Virus record (IMG/VR): IMGVR_UViG_3300050130_000093
Coordinates: 1-62,938 of that record
From: a virus
Taxonomy: Duplodnaviria; Caudoviricetes
Strand: one strand, 5' to 3'
DNA length: 62,938 nucleotides
Positions 37,521 to 47,279 of the stretch are shown one piece after another. How positions within the stretch are numbered: position 1 is the stretch's first letter; each line of letters starts with the position of its first letter. The notes below the pieces were generated by a model. That model ran no database searches. It saw nothing but the letters and a program-made list of their open reading frames with translations, and was not told the origin of the DNA. Position numbers and translations under genes: made by a program.

Positions 37521-38239
37521 CAGCGCTGCGGCGTCCAGTCCCGTGCGCCCACACCCGACACGCTCACGTTCGTCGGGTCCAGCTTCTCCGGGCCGCGCGA
37601 CCAGTAATCCGACCGCTGCTGGCACGCCTTCGCCTCAAGCTGCGTCGCCTCCGCCAGATACGCCTTCGTCAACGCCCCAAGGTCGATGTCCGCGTCGCCG
37701 CCCTTCACCGCCCCCAACGTCATCAGACGTGCGAGCGCCCGCAACGCGATCGACGACGCGTAGCTGATCAGCGCCGGATTCAAGCCGTCAGGGACGTTCG
37801 TGACCGACTGGTACTCGCGCAGCCACTGGCGCGACTGATCGACGAACGTGTCGATGTCCGGATCGTTGAAGAACTGCCAGCCGTAGCTGATCTTCAGCGA
37901 CGCGACCGGAGCGACCGGCAGCACGAAGTTGCCGTTCTGATCCACATCCTGCACGGGCGCTGTCGGCGTCCACGCATCGACGTAGGCCACCAGCGTGCCC
38001 GGGATCGCGTTGACCGTGACGTACTGCTCGAGCGGCACGTTCTGAAAGCGAAGCTGAAACCGGGTCTGCGCCGGCGTCGCCTGCTGCACGATCTGGTCGG
38101 AGAGATCCTCGAGACGGACGATCTCGAACGGCACCGGCGTCGCGTCGAGCTCCGGCACGCCGTCACGGATCTGCTTGCGCACCTGGTAGCGCGCGGTCTG
38201 AACGGTCGGGTTCTGGCTGCCCGGCGACCAGACGGTCAC
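37520..38239 (-). CDS. head-tail adaptor/connector-like protein
   Basis: VRKQIRD..FND.DI..F; position downstream of the capsid gene. Confidence 0.6.
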   Translation of the reverse strand: MTVWSPGSQNPTVQTARYQVRKQIRDGVPELDATPVPFEIVRLEDLSDQIVQQATPAQTRFQLRFQNVPLEQYVTVNAIPGTLVAYVDAWTPTAPVQDVDQNGNFVLPVAPVASLKISYGWQFFNDPDIDTFVDQSRQWLREYQSVTNVPDGLNPALISYASSIALRALARLMTLGAVKGGDADIDLGALTKAYLAEATQLEAKACQQRSDYWSRGPEKLDPTNVSVSGVGARDWTPQR

Positions 38240-38241
38240 GG

Positions 38242-38409
38242 CTACTCCCTACCGGCCAACGCAAGACACTGCGGACACACGTCCGGACCGTCCGACGGCG
38301 TGCCAGCAGGCAGCACGTTCGATCCAGTCGCGCCGCACAGCGCCTTCAGTTTCGTGTTGCCGACCACGTTGTCTCGGTCGTCCACGACCACGTCGGCGAG
38401 ATGGCGCAT
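38242..38409 (-). CDS. small Cys-containing protein
   Basis: ALCG...VCPQC; AAAGGA RBS. Confidence 0.5.
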   Translation of the reverse strand: MRHLADVVVDDRDNVVGNTKLKALCGATGSNVLPAGTPSDGPDVCPQCLALAGRE

Positions 38410-38411
38410 CC

Positions 38412-38774
38412 CTAGTCCTTTCGCACCGGTGGCCGCGGCGCCGCGTCCGCATCCACGGTCCCCGCAAACGCGGCAACGTCGAACGCGTCCTTCACGACCA
38501 CGTACCGCCAGCCACGCCCGGCGCACCACGCAGCCTTCGCCTCACGCTCATACGGCTCGCCGGCCTCGCGCTCCAAGTCGACCGCGACCTTCGGGTCGGC
38601 CATGAAATAGAACCGCGACACACGCAACCGCAGCGGGTAGCCGACCGCGTTCTGCGACAACCCCAGCGTGTGGTGGTGGCTGAACGCGTCCGACCCGATC
38701 GCCGTGCTCAACACGTCCTGGCCCGCATACCGTGGACCCGGCTCCAGCAGTTCGTCAAGATCAGGCTGAATCAT
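38412..38774 (-). CDS. hypothetical protein, possible nuclease-fold remnant
   Basis: KVAVD...K.AWC..RGWRYVVV. Confidence 0.5.
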   Translation of the reverse strand: MIQPDLDELLEPGPRYAGQDVLSTAIGSDAFSHHHTLGLSQNAVGYPLRLRVSRFYFMADPKVAVDLEREAGEPYEREAKAAWCAGRGWRYVVVKDAFDVAAFAGTVDADAAPRPPVRKD

Positions 38775-38776
38775 GT

Positions 38777-39157
38777 TCACGGCGTTATTCTCCCCGTTCC
38801 GAGCGGTGCGACCTTCCCGTAATCCTGGCCCTGATGGTCGGGTGACGCGCGCAGTTTGCTGATCGCCCCACGGTACTTGACGAGCAAAGCGTTCAACGCA
38901 CCGTGCTGCGCGGCGCTGATGTTGCCAGCCGTCAGGTCCGTAAGGATCTGACGCACGATGTCGTTCTCCAAGTTGCTCGACCCGGTCATGTGCTGCTCTT
39001 TCAACACCGCATACAGGTCGCGGGCATCCGTCAACGTCTGGGCGTCCGTAAACGACACCGACCGGCCATCCGGCAGTTGGTAGCTGCCCTCCCGCAAACG
39101 CCGAATCGCGTCTGCGGGCAGCCGGATTGCCGACTTGATCTGGGTCTCGCTGAGCAT
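38777..39157 (-). CDS. hypothetical protein
   Basis: GGAG RBS; typical codon usage. Confidence 0.6.
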   Translation of the reverse strand: MLSETQIKSAIRLPADAIRRLREGSYQLPDGRSVSFTDAQTLTDARDLYAVLKEQHMTGSSNLENDIVRQILTDLTAGNISAAQHGALNALLVKYRGAISKLRASPDHQGQDYGKVAPLGTGRITP

Positions 39158-39245
39158 CCAGGGTCTCCGTTCTTTGCGCGGGCGCGCGTCGCATCTCAGG
39201 TTTACGGCGCGCGCCCCACACAGACGGCCTCGACAGGCCGACGCC

Positions 39246-40115
39246 TTAATCTTTGTCCATCTCGCTGAACGGCATGTGCTCGCGCCGCCAGCGCACCACG
39301 CACTCGTGCGCCTCGTCCTCCGTCGGGAACCGCAACTGCACCGTCCACGGCATCTCACCGTACTGCTTGTTGAAGGTCACGCCACGGTACTGCGAACTAC
39401 GCGTCCGCTCGCCATCTTTGTTCCGGCGAAGTTGAAGCTTGTGCCGATTCTGGCCGTTCTCCGCCACGGTGACCAAGCGCAGATTCGCCTTCCGGTTGTC
39501 AAGCGAGTCGCCGTTGATGTGATCCACCACGAGGGGGTTCGTATGATCAACCGCCATCACTTCGCGGTGCATCTGGACCATGCGGTAGCCGCCGTCGGGC
39601 TGAGGATCGCGGCGCACAGCCGTCACGCCGCCCTTCTTGTTGATCGGACTCCACGCAAACGGCAGCAGCCGCTCGTAATCCTCAGCATCAACCCGCGCCC
39701 AGAAGATTTGGGAGGGTGGCCCGCTTCGCCGCGGCCGGTTGCCTCCCACCATGATGCACGGGCCGTCGGGCTTCGCGGTTGACTGGGTAATCGGCGGCGC
39801 GGGTGGATTCTTCGGTTCGTAGATCCGCAGATTCGCCCGACGGTTATCGAGCCGGTTGCCGTTGATGTGCTCAACCGTCCGGTGATCGTCCTGCTGCAGC
39901 CCAAGGATCTCGCGGTGCATCGTGATTGTGCGCCTACGGCCAGCGAGATCGACACCGCGAATCGCAATGGGCACCTTCCGCGCCCCCGACTGCCCGATCG
40001 ACCAGTTGTAGCGGTCCAGATCCTCCCAGTCCTGCGCGTCTACGAGCACCTGCGCGGTGGGCGTGTTGTTTTGGTGGCCACCGATCGTGAGCCAGCGACA
40101 GATAGGTGTTGACAT
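39246..40115 (-). CDS. tandem HNH endonuclease with AP2-like C-terminus
   Basis: Two copies of MHRE..[ED]HING..LDNR.ANLR; SSQYRGV. Confidence 0.9.
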   Translation of the reverse strand: MSTPICRWLTIGGHQNNTPTAQVLVDAQDWEDLDRYNWSIGQSGARKVPIAIRGVDLAGRRRTITMHREILGLQQDDHRTVEHINGNRLDNRRANLRIYEPKNPPAPPITQSTAKPDGPCIMVGGNRPRRSGPPSQIFWARVDAEDYERLLPFAWSPINKKGGVTAVRRDPQPDGGYRMVQMHREVMAVDHTNPLVVDHINGDSLDNRKANLRLVTVAENGQNRHKLQLRRNKDGERTRSSQYRGVTFNKQYGEMPWTVQLRFPTEDEAHECVVRWRREHMPFSEMDKD

Positions 40116-40169
40116 GCCGGGAAGTTTACCAGCCCTTCCCGGCATGTGCAAACCTGCCGCTGCCGTTAA

Positions 40170-41294
40170 TCAGTTAAGCCTGTACGAAAACCTTCCATCC
40201 AGAACCGCGACATTAAACCTGCGCCTGACGCGATACCGGTACTGGTCAACCTCGAACGCCGTGCCGCCCGTCGGAGCCTCCTGCATGATCTCCAACGCGT
40301 CACGGTCCTGGAACACCGTCGCCTTCCCGGCCTGCAGCAGAAACACCGCGCCATGCGACCCGTCCAACCCCGGACCCGTCAGGCCCGGTCCGCCCTGCGT
40401 GCTCGTCGCACCCGGGAGGAAACGGCTGATCTTCGGCGCGTACTCGCCCTGCAACGGGTTGACGGTCATCGTCCACCCAGTCCCACCGGACGATGCGGTC
40501 CCGGCATTCTGGCCCGATGAACCCGGCACCGACGGCTGCAGCGTGCTGTTCAGCAGCTTCAGCACGTTGAACTTGTCCGCCGGCGAAACCAGAACGGTGT
40601 CTGGCATCACCAGCAGGAAGTTGCCGAGCGGGTCGAGCATGTTCTGCAATGCGATGTCCGCCGCCTCGAGCCCCGGCTGCGACAACTGCCCCGGCGAAGC
40701 CGGCTGGTTGCCGATCGTCGTCGAATACGCCGACGCACCCGTAATCGGATCCTTCGCGTTGATGATCGCGCTCATCACGTTGAGCTCCTCGACGTACCTC
40801 ATCATCTCGCCGAGATTCCCCGCCCTTTGCGCGATCTGGCCGGTCTGGTCGTCGTCGAACAACTCGCGCTCGAACGTGATCATCCGGCCGAACTTGCGGT
40901 TGCGCACATGCACGTCAATACCGAGGATCCGGCTGTCAGGGAACGGGTCCGACGGCAGCATCTCGAGCGGCAGCTCGCTGTTGTACAGCGGGGCGTACAG
41001 CTCCTCAGCCTTCGTCGAGCTGACGCTCGTGACGAGATCCTGGTAGACGGTCGGGACTGCCTGGTACGCGTCGAACATGAACGTCGACACGCCGGCGCGC
41101 AGCAACTGGCCCATCGCGGAGGCTGACGTCGCCTCGCGCATCTTCACGCATGCTTCGCGCAGACCGTTGATGCTGAACGACGGGTCATACCAGTCGATGT
41201 CCGCCGGGTCGAAACCCGACGCCTTGATTGCACTTTGGCGGGCGGCCTCGCGCATCTTCTCGGTCCGCTTCGCCTGGATTTCACGGAGATGCAT
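40170..41294 (-). CDS. major capsid protein (Mu gpT-like)
   Basis: KFGRMITFERELFDDD, L..P..VLV.P, Y.YRVR; position after scaffold and decoration genes. Confidence 0.9.
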   Translation of the reverse strand: MHLREIQAKRTEKMREAARQSAIKASGFDPADIDWYDPSFSINGLREACVKMREATSASAMGQLLRAGVSTFMFDAYQAVPTVYQDLVTSVSSTKAEELYAPLYNSELPLEMLPSDPFPDSRILGIDVHVRNRKFGRMITFERELFDDDQTGQIAQRAGNLGEMMRYVEELNVMSAIINAKDPITGASAYSTTIGNQPASPGQLSQPGLEAADIALQNMLDPLGNFLLVMPDTVLVSPADKFNVLKLLNSTLQPSVPGSSGQNAGTASSGGTGWTMTVNPLQGEYAPKISRFLPGATSTQGGPGLTGPGLDGSHGAVFLLQAGKATVFQDRDALEIMQEAPTGGTAFEVDQYRYRVRRRFNVAVLDGRFSYRLN

Positions 41295-41318
41295 CTTTCT
41301 TCTCCTTATCTTGGCGGC

Positions 41319-41867
41319 CTAGAAGACGCCGATATTCGGGAACTTGGCCTCAAGCCACACTTCGACTCGCTGCCCGGTCCCGGCCAGAAGTTCAGGCGTC
41401 GGCGTACCGCCCGCCGCCCCCGACGGTGAGGTTGGTGTCGGCGTCAACACGAACCCGACACGGTTCGCTGCGGTGGCCCCAACGAGCGTCACGGTCTGCG
41501 CGGTCGCCCCGACCGTCACCGGCGTGAAGTTGTTGTAGAACTCGCCAGCAGTGCAGTACAGCCACACCGACCCGGCGCGAATCACTTTCAGGCCGGGCAG
41601 GTACTCGCTCGACGCGTTTGACGGCTCAGCCGGGTAGATGTTCGGATCATTCGACCCGGCCGCCACGCCGCAGAAACCTGCGGTGTAGTACGGCGCCGTC
41701 CCGGCCACGGCAACCGACGTGCTCGCGGTGAGCGGCTTCAACGTGCCGTTCACGCCATCCCAGTAGACCAGGTCGCCCAGGTTGATGGTCTGGTCCGTCG
41801 TCACATCGACGCTGTGCGGAAACAGGCTGAAAAACGTCCGCGCACTCGGATTCTGTCCAGTAGTCAT
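41319..41867 (-). CDS. capsid decoration/cement protein
   Basis: INLGDLVYWD..F.GVA; lies between scaffold and capsid genes. Confidence 0.65.
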   Translation of the reverse strand: MTTGQNPSARTFFSLFPHSVDVTTDQTINLGDLVYWDGVNGTLKPLTASTSVAVAGTAPYYTAGFCGVAAGSNDPNIYPAEPSNASSEYLPGLKVIRAGSVWLYCTAGEFYNNFTPVTVGATAQTVTLVGATAANRVGFVLTPTPTSPSGAAGGTPTPELLAGTGQRVEVWLEAKFPNIGVF

Positions 41868-41895
41868 GCTTGCTCCTATCTGAGCCCGGGGCCGC

Positions 41896-43668
41896 CTAAG
41901 CGGCAGCCAGCTCCTTGGTCGGCACCCCGGCCTCGCGAAGCACGCTCAGACCACGCTCGCCGTCATCCGACGGCCTACGGCCCGGCACACCCTCGACGCC
42001 CTCATACGCGGCAACCGCACGCTCACGCACACGCTTCTCGCGGTCAATCGTCTGCTTCACGAACTGCTCGATCGCATCCGACTCGCGCAGCCCACGCACC
42101 TTCACCTCATCGAGGAACCACGGTGCGTCCTCCTCACCAACCTCGTTCTCCTTGAGAACCCGCAGCGTGTCCCACGTCGCCGCCGTCTCCTGGTTCAGAC
42201 GCTGCGACTCGCGGAGCTGCTCACGCAACTGCTCGTTGTCCTTCGCCGCCTCCACCTTCGCCGACTCACGGAGCTGCGCGATCAGCGCGGGCTGAGCTTC
42301 AGCCAGCCCATCGACCGTCAACGGTTCCGACTCGATCTCTGCGGCCGCGAGCTCGTCCAGCTCAGTGAGCGCCGCGGTCTTCTTCTCATCCGTATCGGCC
42401 TCACGCACACGCTCGGCCGCTTCACGGAGCTTCGGCTGCAGCTCGCTGAGCTTCATCCGATCCCTCTTTCTGTCGCTGGTTTCGCGAAGCGCACGACGCG
42501 TCCGCGCGCTCTCCATTAGCCGGCGCACAAACTCGCCGCCAGCCCCTGCGTTCGTAACGATGTCCCCAGACGTGGGGTGAATCTCCGACACCATCCGCCC
42601 GTAGCTCCCGTCCGGCCGGTCGCCGAAGGAGCCGGCCGACGCGCCGTACAGCGAAATGCCGCACAGTGGCTTCGGCCCACGATGCGACGCGGCAGCCTCT
42701 GCCAACGTCTGCACCCAGTCGTACCCGGCACCCTTGATCGGCACCAGGATCGCCGTGGCTGTCGCCTTCCCGTCGGACTCGGCGAACTTGACGTCGGCGT
42801 AGGTGCCGACGATCTCCTTCACGTTGCGCTCAGGCAGCGTGTCCTCCTCGTCCAGCGGCGGATGGTTCGCATACGCCTGCATCCCATCCGCGCGCTTCGA
42901 GTCGACCAGATCCTTGACCGACTCGCGGGTGTACCAGTTGTTGTCCTCCGTGTTTCCGCGCCCCTCACGGATCAGCACCACCGCGTAGCCTTCACGGCCG
43001 TCCGTGGTCTTGACGACAGACAGCGGCGTGTCCTGGCGGTCCAACGCCACGCTGGTGCCTTCGCGCAGCCGGTCGAGCTGCGAGCCGAGCGCGTCGATCT
43101 GCAACCGCAGCGACGCGTCGCCGGCGGACTCCTTCAACTGCGGGTACTTCGCATACACCGCGGCCTTGACGGTCGCCTCCTCCGGCTTGCCGCTCGAGCG
43201 GGCGAGCGCGTTGCGCGCATGGGCGATGTCCGGGATCGGGTAGCTGCCCGAGTCGGGCGCCTTGGACGGGATTGCGAAGTTGCTTTTCGGGATGCGCTTG
43301 CGCGCCGCCGTCGACAGAACCGCTTCGCGAACCGCCGTCCACCCCGCACCATCACACGTTGAGCACGGCGTCCCGTCGGCGTTCAGGCCGTTGTCGCAAT
43401 CCGGGCAGTCGTCAACCTCGACCGAGTTGCTGTCGTCCAGGCCCTCGGCGCCCTCAACCTCGGCACGGTCGGTGTCCGCAGCCATGCTGGCCTCACGGAC
43501 GTGGCCGCTGCCGTTGCAGTCCGGGCAGTCGCGGTTGCCGTCCATGATCTTGCCGGACCCGTCGCACGTCGGACACTCCTTCGTCCCGCGCTCGAGCGTG
43601 CCGGACGCGGATGCCGCCGACGCCTCGCGGAGACGGCCGAACTTGAGACCCAATGCAACCACCTCCAC
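41896..43668 (-). CDS. prohead protease/scaffold fusion
   Basis: YANHP (His), GIS (Ser), DIVT.AGAGG.F; coiled-coil C-terminus. Confidence 0.8.
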   Translation of the reverse strand: MEVVALGLKFGRLREASAASASGTLERGTKECPTCDGSGKIMDGNRDCPDCNGSGHVREASMAADTDRAEVEGAEGLDDSNSVEVDDCPDCDNGLNADGTPCSTCDGAGWTAVREAVLSTAARKRIPKSNFAIPSKAPDSGSYPIPDIAHARNALARSSGKPEEATVKAAVYAKYPQLKESAGDASLRLQIDALGSQLDRLREGTSVALDRQDTPLSVVKTTDGREGYAVVLIREGRGNTEDNNWYTRESVKDLVDSKRADGMQAYANHPPLDEEDTLPERNVKEIVGTYADVKFAESDGKATATAILVPIKGAGYDWVQTLAEAAASHRGPKPLCGISLYGASAGSFGDRPDGSYGRMVSEIHPTSGDIVTNAGAGGEFVRRLMESARTRRALRETSDRKRDRMKLSELQPKLREAAERVREADTDEKKTAALTELDELAAAEIESEPLTVDGLAEAQPALIAQLRESAKVEAAKDNEQLREQLRESQRLNQETAATWDTLRVLKENEVGEEDAPWFLDEVKVRGLRESDAIEQFVKQTIDREKRVRERAVAAYEGVEGVPGRRPSDDGERGLSVLREAGVPTKELAAA

Positions 43669-43845
43669 GGTGATCGAAGGAACAGGGAACGCGCGCTATG
43701 CTTCGGCGCGTCGGGTAAGGCGTGTCGAGCCCGTTAGACGCAGATGATTCGCTGCGATCCACGCCATGAGCCGGCGGCCTCAGTCCTTGGAGCCGCCGGT
43801 TCTGCTTCTGCCAGCCGTTCCCCGGCGTTCTGCCGAGAGGTGTGG

Positions 43846-44457
43846 CTAGCGGCGGCGGTGGCGGTCGGGCGTGTCGTCCGTGAACGTCAGATCGACGTAG
43901 CGCAGGCCACGCGCGAAGATCCCGTCGACCGTCAGAAACCTAGGGTCGACCACGTTGATGTCACAGTGCCGGTCGATCGCATGGAACAGCTCCTCGATCG
44001 CGTCAGCGATGTTGTCCTGCGACGCCCACTCCTGCACCCGTTTCATGCGCGCCAACAGCCACGCCATCTCGCGGCCACCCATCTCCGACCCGACGGTGAT
44101 GCGCTCCGACACGACCTCCAACGCCCGTGCCGACCCGACCGCCGTGCGCAGCCGCCTACGCTCCGGCGGCATCTCGATCATCACCGTCATGCCGTACGGC
44201 TTGCGCACCGTCACCAGTTGGAGGCGGCCGACATCCGACGGCTCACGGATCGCGTACTTCTCGCAGAACAAGTCGATGCCGTGCAGCAGCAGTTTCGCCG
44301 CATACGCATACGACGCCAGGCCGCCGCGTTGCGCGTCGACCCGGGCGGCCAACCTCGGCCTTGAGCGGTTCAGCTCGCCGAGCGCGTTCGCGACCTCGTA
44401 GCCGATCAGGGTGCTGCCGGCGTGCTCAGGCATCCGTGCGTCCAAGTCGTCGCTCAT
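43846..44457 (-). CDS. hypothetical protein
   Basis: Long ORF with phage-like codon usage. Confidence 0.6.
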   Translation of the reverse strand: MSDDLDARMPEHAGSTLIGYEVANALGELNRSRPRLAARVDAQRGGLASYAYAAKLLLHGIDLFCEKYAIREPSDVGRLQLVTVRKPYGMTVMIEMPPERRRLRTAVGSARALEVVSERITVGSEMGGREMAWLLARMKRVQEWASQDNIADAIEELFHAIDRHCDINVVDPRFLTVDGIFARGLRYVDLTFTDDTPDRHRRR

Positions 44458-44633
44458 GCACCGCGCGCAACGCGGTCTCTGCGACGAGCAACTGCTCTAC
44501 GGCGACCGTCAGGACGTCCTGCTGCTCGGCAACGTAGATGCGCTGCAGCCGCACGGTCTCGCGCAGCTCGCGAACGACCTTCTCCTGCTTGGTGAGATCA
44601 CGGACATCCTTCGGCTGCGCCATCACTCAGGTG

Positions 44634-45062
44634 CTACTCGTCGTCTTGGTCCGGCTGTGCAGCGAACTCGGCGGCAGCCCTAAACTCGCCGGGCTCGGGG
44701 TTCGCCGGCGCTTCGCCAGCGAGACGCAGCTCGATCGCGCGCGTCGCCAGCTTCGTCGCCAACGGCCCGATCACCATCGCCGAGTTCAAGTCGCGGTCCG
44801 CACGCTCAGCAATCTTCTTCGCCTGCGCAGCAACGGTCGCCTTATCCACATACGGCAGGCCGGCGACACCCTGCAACCCACAGATGTAGGAGGCGAGCTG
44901 CATCGTCTGATGCGTCACCCTGACGTCACAGTCGCGCAGCACCCGCTCGCAGTACAGCTCCATCGGATGCTTCCCACGCGGATGCGCCGCCGTGATCGAC
45001 TTCGCGTCCACGATGCCTTCCAGGCCGGCCGCTCCGCCGGTCTCCGCCACTGATGCCTCCAC
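44634..45062 (-). CDS. hypothetical protein
   Basis: AGGAGG RBS before GTG. Confidence 0.6.
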   Translation of the reverse strand: MEASVAETGGAAGLEGIVDAKSITAAHPRGKHPMELYCERVLRDCDVRVTHQTMQLASYICGLQGVAGLPYVDKATVAAQAKKIAERADRDLNSAMVIGPLATKLATRAIELRLAGEAPANPEPGEFRAAAEFAAQPDQDDE

Positions 45063-45110
45063 GACAGTCCTCCTAAGCTAGTTTCGTCAAAGCATCCCTG
45101 ACGCGCAAAG

Positions 45111-45461
45111 TCACGCCCAGTAGATGCACCCCTCATACGACCCGGCCGTCACGAACTGCAGGTAGATCGAGCCGCCACCGGTCAGCGCGTAGCCCTGGTC
45201 CGCAAGAAACCCAAGCGAGTCCCCACCCGCAACGAACTGGCCGCCACCGCACACCAGCCCCGCCTTCGGCCCGGTGACAACACTCCCATCCCAGATCCGG
45301 AAGTGACCGGCCGCGGCAACCGACGATGTGATCCACCAGCCCAGCAGTTCCCGGGCGTTCGAGACGACGACGCCGGAGACGTTTGCGTTGATCGGCAGCG
45401 CGTACACCTTCGACTGCGCAGCGAGCACCGCACCGAAACGGCGAGGCTTCCAAAGTCCCAT
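45111..45461 (-). CDS. small putative virion protein
   Basis: GGGAGG RBS; LLGW..F.I.DG..IYL...G. Confidence 0.6.
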   Translation of the reverse strand: MGLWKPRRFGAVLAAQSKVYALPINANVSGVVVSNARELLGWWITSSVAAAGHFRIWDGSVVTGPKAGLVCGGGQFVAGGDSLGFLADQGYALTGGGSIYLQFVTAGSYEGCIYWA

Positions 45462-45471
45462 CGGTCCTCCC

Positions 45472-46233
45472 TTAGCTGAGTAGCGCCGCATCGGGCATCA
45501 GGCCGGTCAACGCCTGCGCCCGCGTGTTCAAAATCTGATCGACGGCCGACTGCTGCGCGTCCGTGAACGGATACGACTGGTAGGCATCGGTCGAAGGCAT
45601 CGTCGCTGCCACATCAAACGAGCACCTGCAACCGACGTTGCAGTCCGTGTCGCCCGCACCTGGCGTGGTTGGCCACTCCGACAGCGGCATCGGGTCCATC
45701 GACCCCAGTGCGTCGCAGCTCTCACACACCTTGTCGTCGCCCTCATTGTCCCACTCCAACAGGTCGCCGCCAGTGTCAGCCGCCTCCGCGAAACCAGCCT
45801 GCTCGCCAGCCCATGCGGCACTCTCACCGCCAGTCAGCCGCCACGAGTTGTCTCCGGCCCACTGCGCGACCGCGGCGTTCATCGCATCGATCGGCGAACT
45901 CGCGGCAGCAATCTGCTCAGCCGTCGGTGAAAGCGTCGAAAGCTGCGCGACCATGTGGTTCACGCCGTTCAACGCTGGCGCGACAGCTATCGCACGCCGG
46001 TAGGCGTCAGCCGCGGTCGGTGCGACGTACTGCCGCAGCCTTCGTGACGCGAGCAGCGCCGCACCAGTCAGCGACGCTTCGTCACGGTCACGGTTGCTCT
46101 CAGCGTCCGGGTCGTAGGGCCGGTCGGCTGGCTGGTAGTTTTCGACGCCACGCAGCCAGCCTTGGTTGTAGGTGGCGACGATCAGCGTTTTCTGCCGGGC
46201 AGCAAACGCGTTGAGCGCCGCGGGGTGGAGCAT
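45472..46233 (-). CDS. MuF-like minor head protein
   Basis: W...D.KVCESC...PG...C..GCRC. Confidence 0.7.
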   Translation of the reverse strand: MLHPAALNAFAARQKTLIVATYNQGWLRGVENYQPADRPYDPDAESNRDRDEASLTGAALLASRRLRQYVAPTAADAYRRAIAVAPALNGVNHMVAQLSTLSPTAEQIAAASSPIDAMNAAVAQWAGDNSWRLTGGESAAWAGEQAGFAEAADTGGDLLEWDNEGDDKVCESCDALGSMDPMPLSEWPTTPGAGDTDCNVGCRCSFDVAATMPSTDAYQSYPFTDAQQSAVDQILNTRAQALTGLMPDAALLS

Positions 46234-46237
46234 CGCG

Positions 46238-47279
46238 TCAGAGGAGCTTGACGATGACGACGATCAGGATCACCACGATGAGGAATCCGACGATGCCGTA
46301 CCCCATGTCAGCCGGCCGGCCGGTTCACGGCGACGACGTAGCCGCCGGCGAGCAGGTCGACGATGAAGAACGTGAACGCGAGCACGAACCAGAACAGTGC
46401 CGGGACGTTCAGGAACTGGGTGGGTACGGCGAGGCAGACGAGCGCGATGATGCATGCCGCGAGCGCCAGCCAGATGAACAGTCTCATTTCGGGCCTTTCG
46501 ATTGGGATGCGGCGTCATGTTTGGCGTGCAACAGGTCGAGCGAAGCCTTCAACGCGTCCAGCTTGTCGGCGTGCTCCGCGTGACGTTGCTCGTGCTCGGC
46601 GAGTTTCGCGTGCAACGGTGCGATCTTCCGGTCGACGAACCGGTGCAGTCGGCGCTCGGTTGGCGGCCAGAGCAGCACTCCGAACGGTGTCACGACCTCG
46701 ACGATGATGATGCTGGCCAGGATGTTCGGCGCGATGTGCGAATTGTCGAACGGGATGAAGTCCGTGTGCAGGTGCGTGTGAAACACCACGATCTCGGCGA
46801 CGATCGCCAGGACGTAGGCGGCCGCAGCCCACTTCTGCCAAGTGGGGACCGGCTTATCTTCCATTAGCGTCTCCGGCCGAGCCGCAGCAGGCCACCCCAA
46901 TACGCCAGCACGATCAGGCCCATGAGTATCCAGCCGGCGGTCATCCGAGACGGGTGATGAGTTCCAGGAGGCCGCCCGCACCAGCAAGAGACCCGGCCAC
47001 AGCCGCACCGGCGGCGAGGATGATCTGCCAGTGCGTCCAACTGCGCGCCTCGCTCTCTTTCAACGTCTTCGCGACCGCGTCCGTGCCGACCTTCGCCTCC
47101 TTCAACTCCTCAACTTCAGTGTTGAGGATGCCAATGCTGCCGTTCTGCCTCACCACCGTGTCGGCGAGATGGTCGATCCGGCCACCAAGCCGATCCTCAA
47201 CGGCCTGCAGCTCGACGGTGTGCAGATGCGCCGCGGCCGTGATGCGTTCCGCCAACTGGGCGTTAGTGATCGGCGCCAT
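46238..47279 (-). other. cluster of five small membrane-protein genes (46238-46306, 46308-46487, 46484-46864, 46864-46944, 46941-47279)
   Basis: Abutting or coupled ORFs, each with hydrophobic helices. Confidence 0.6.
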
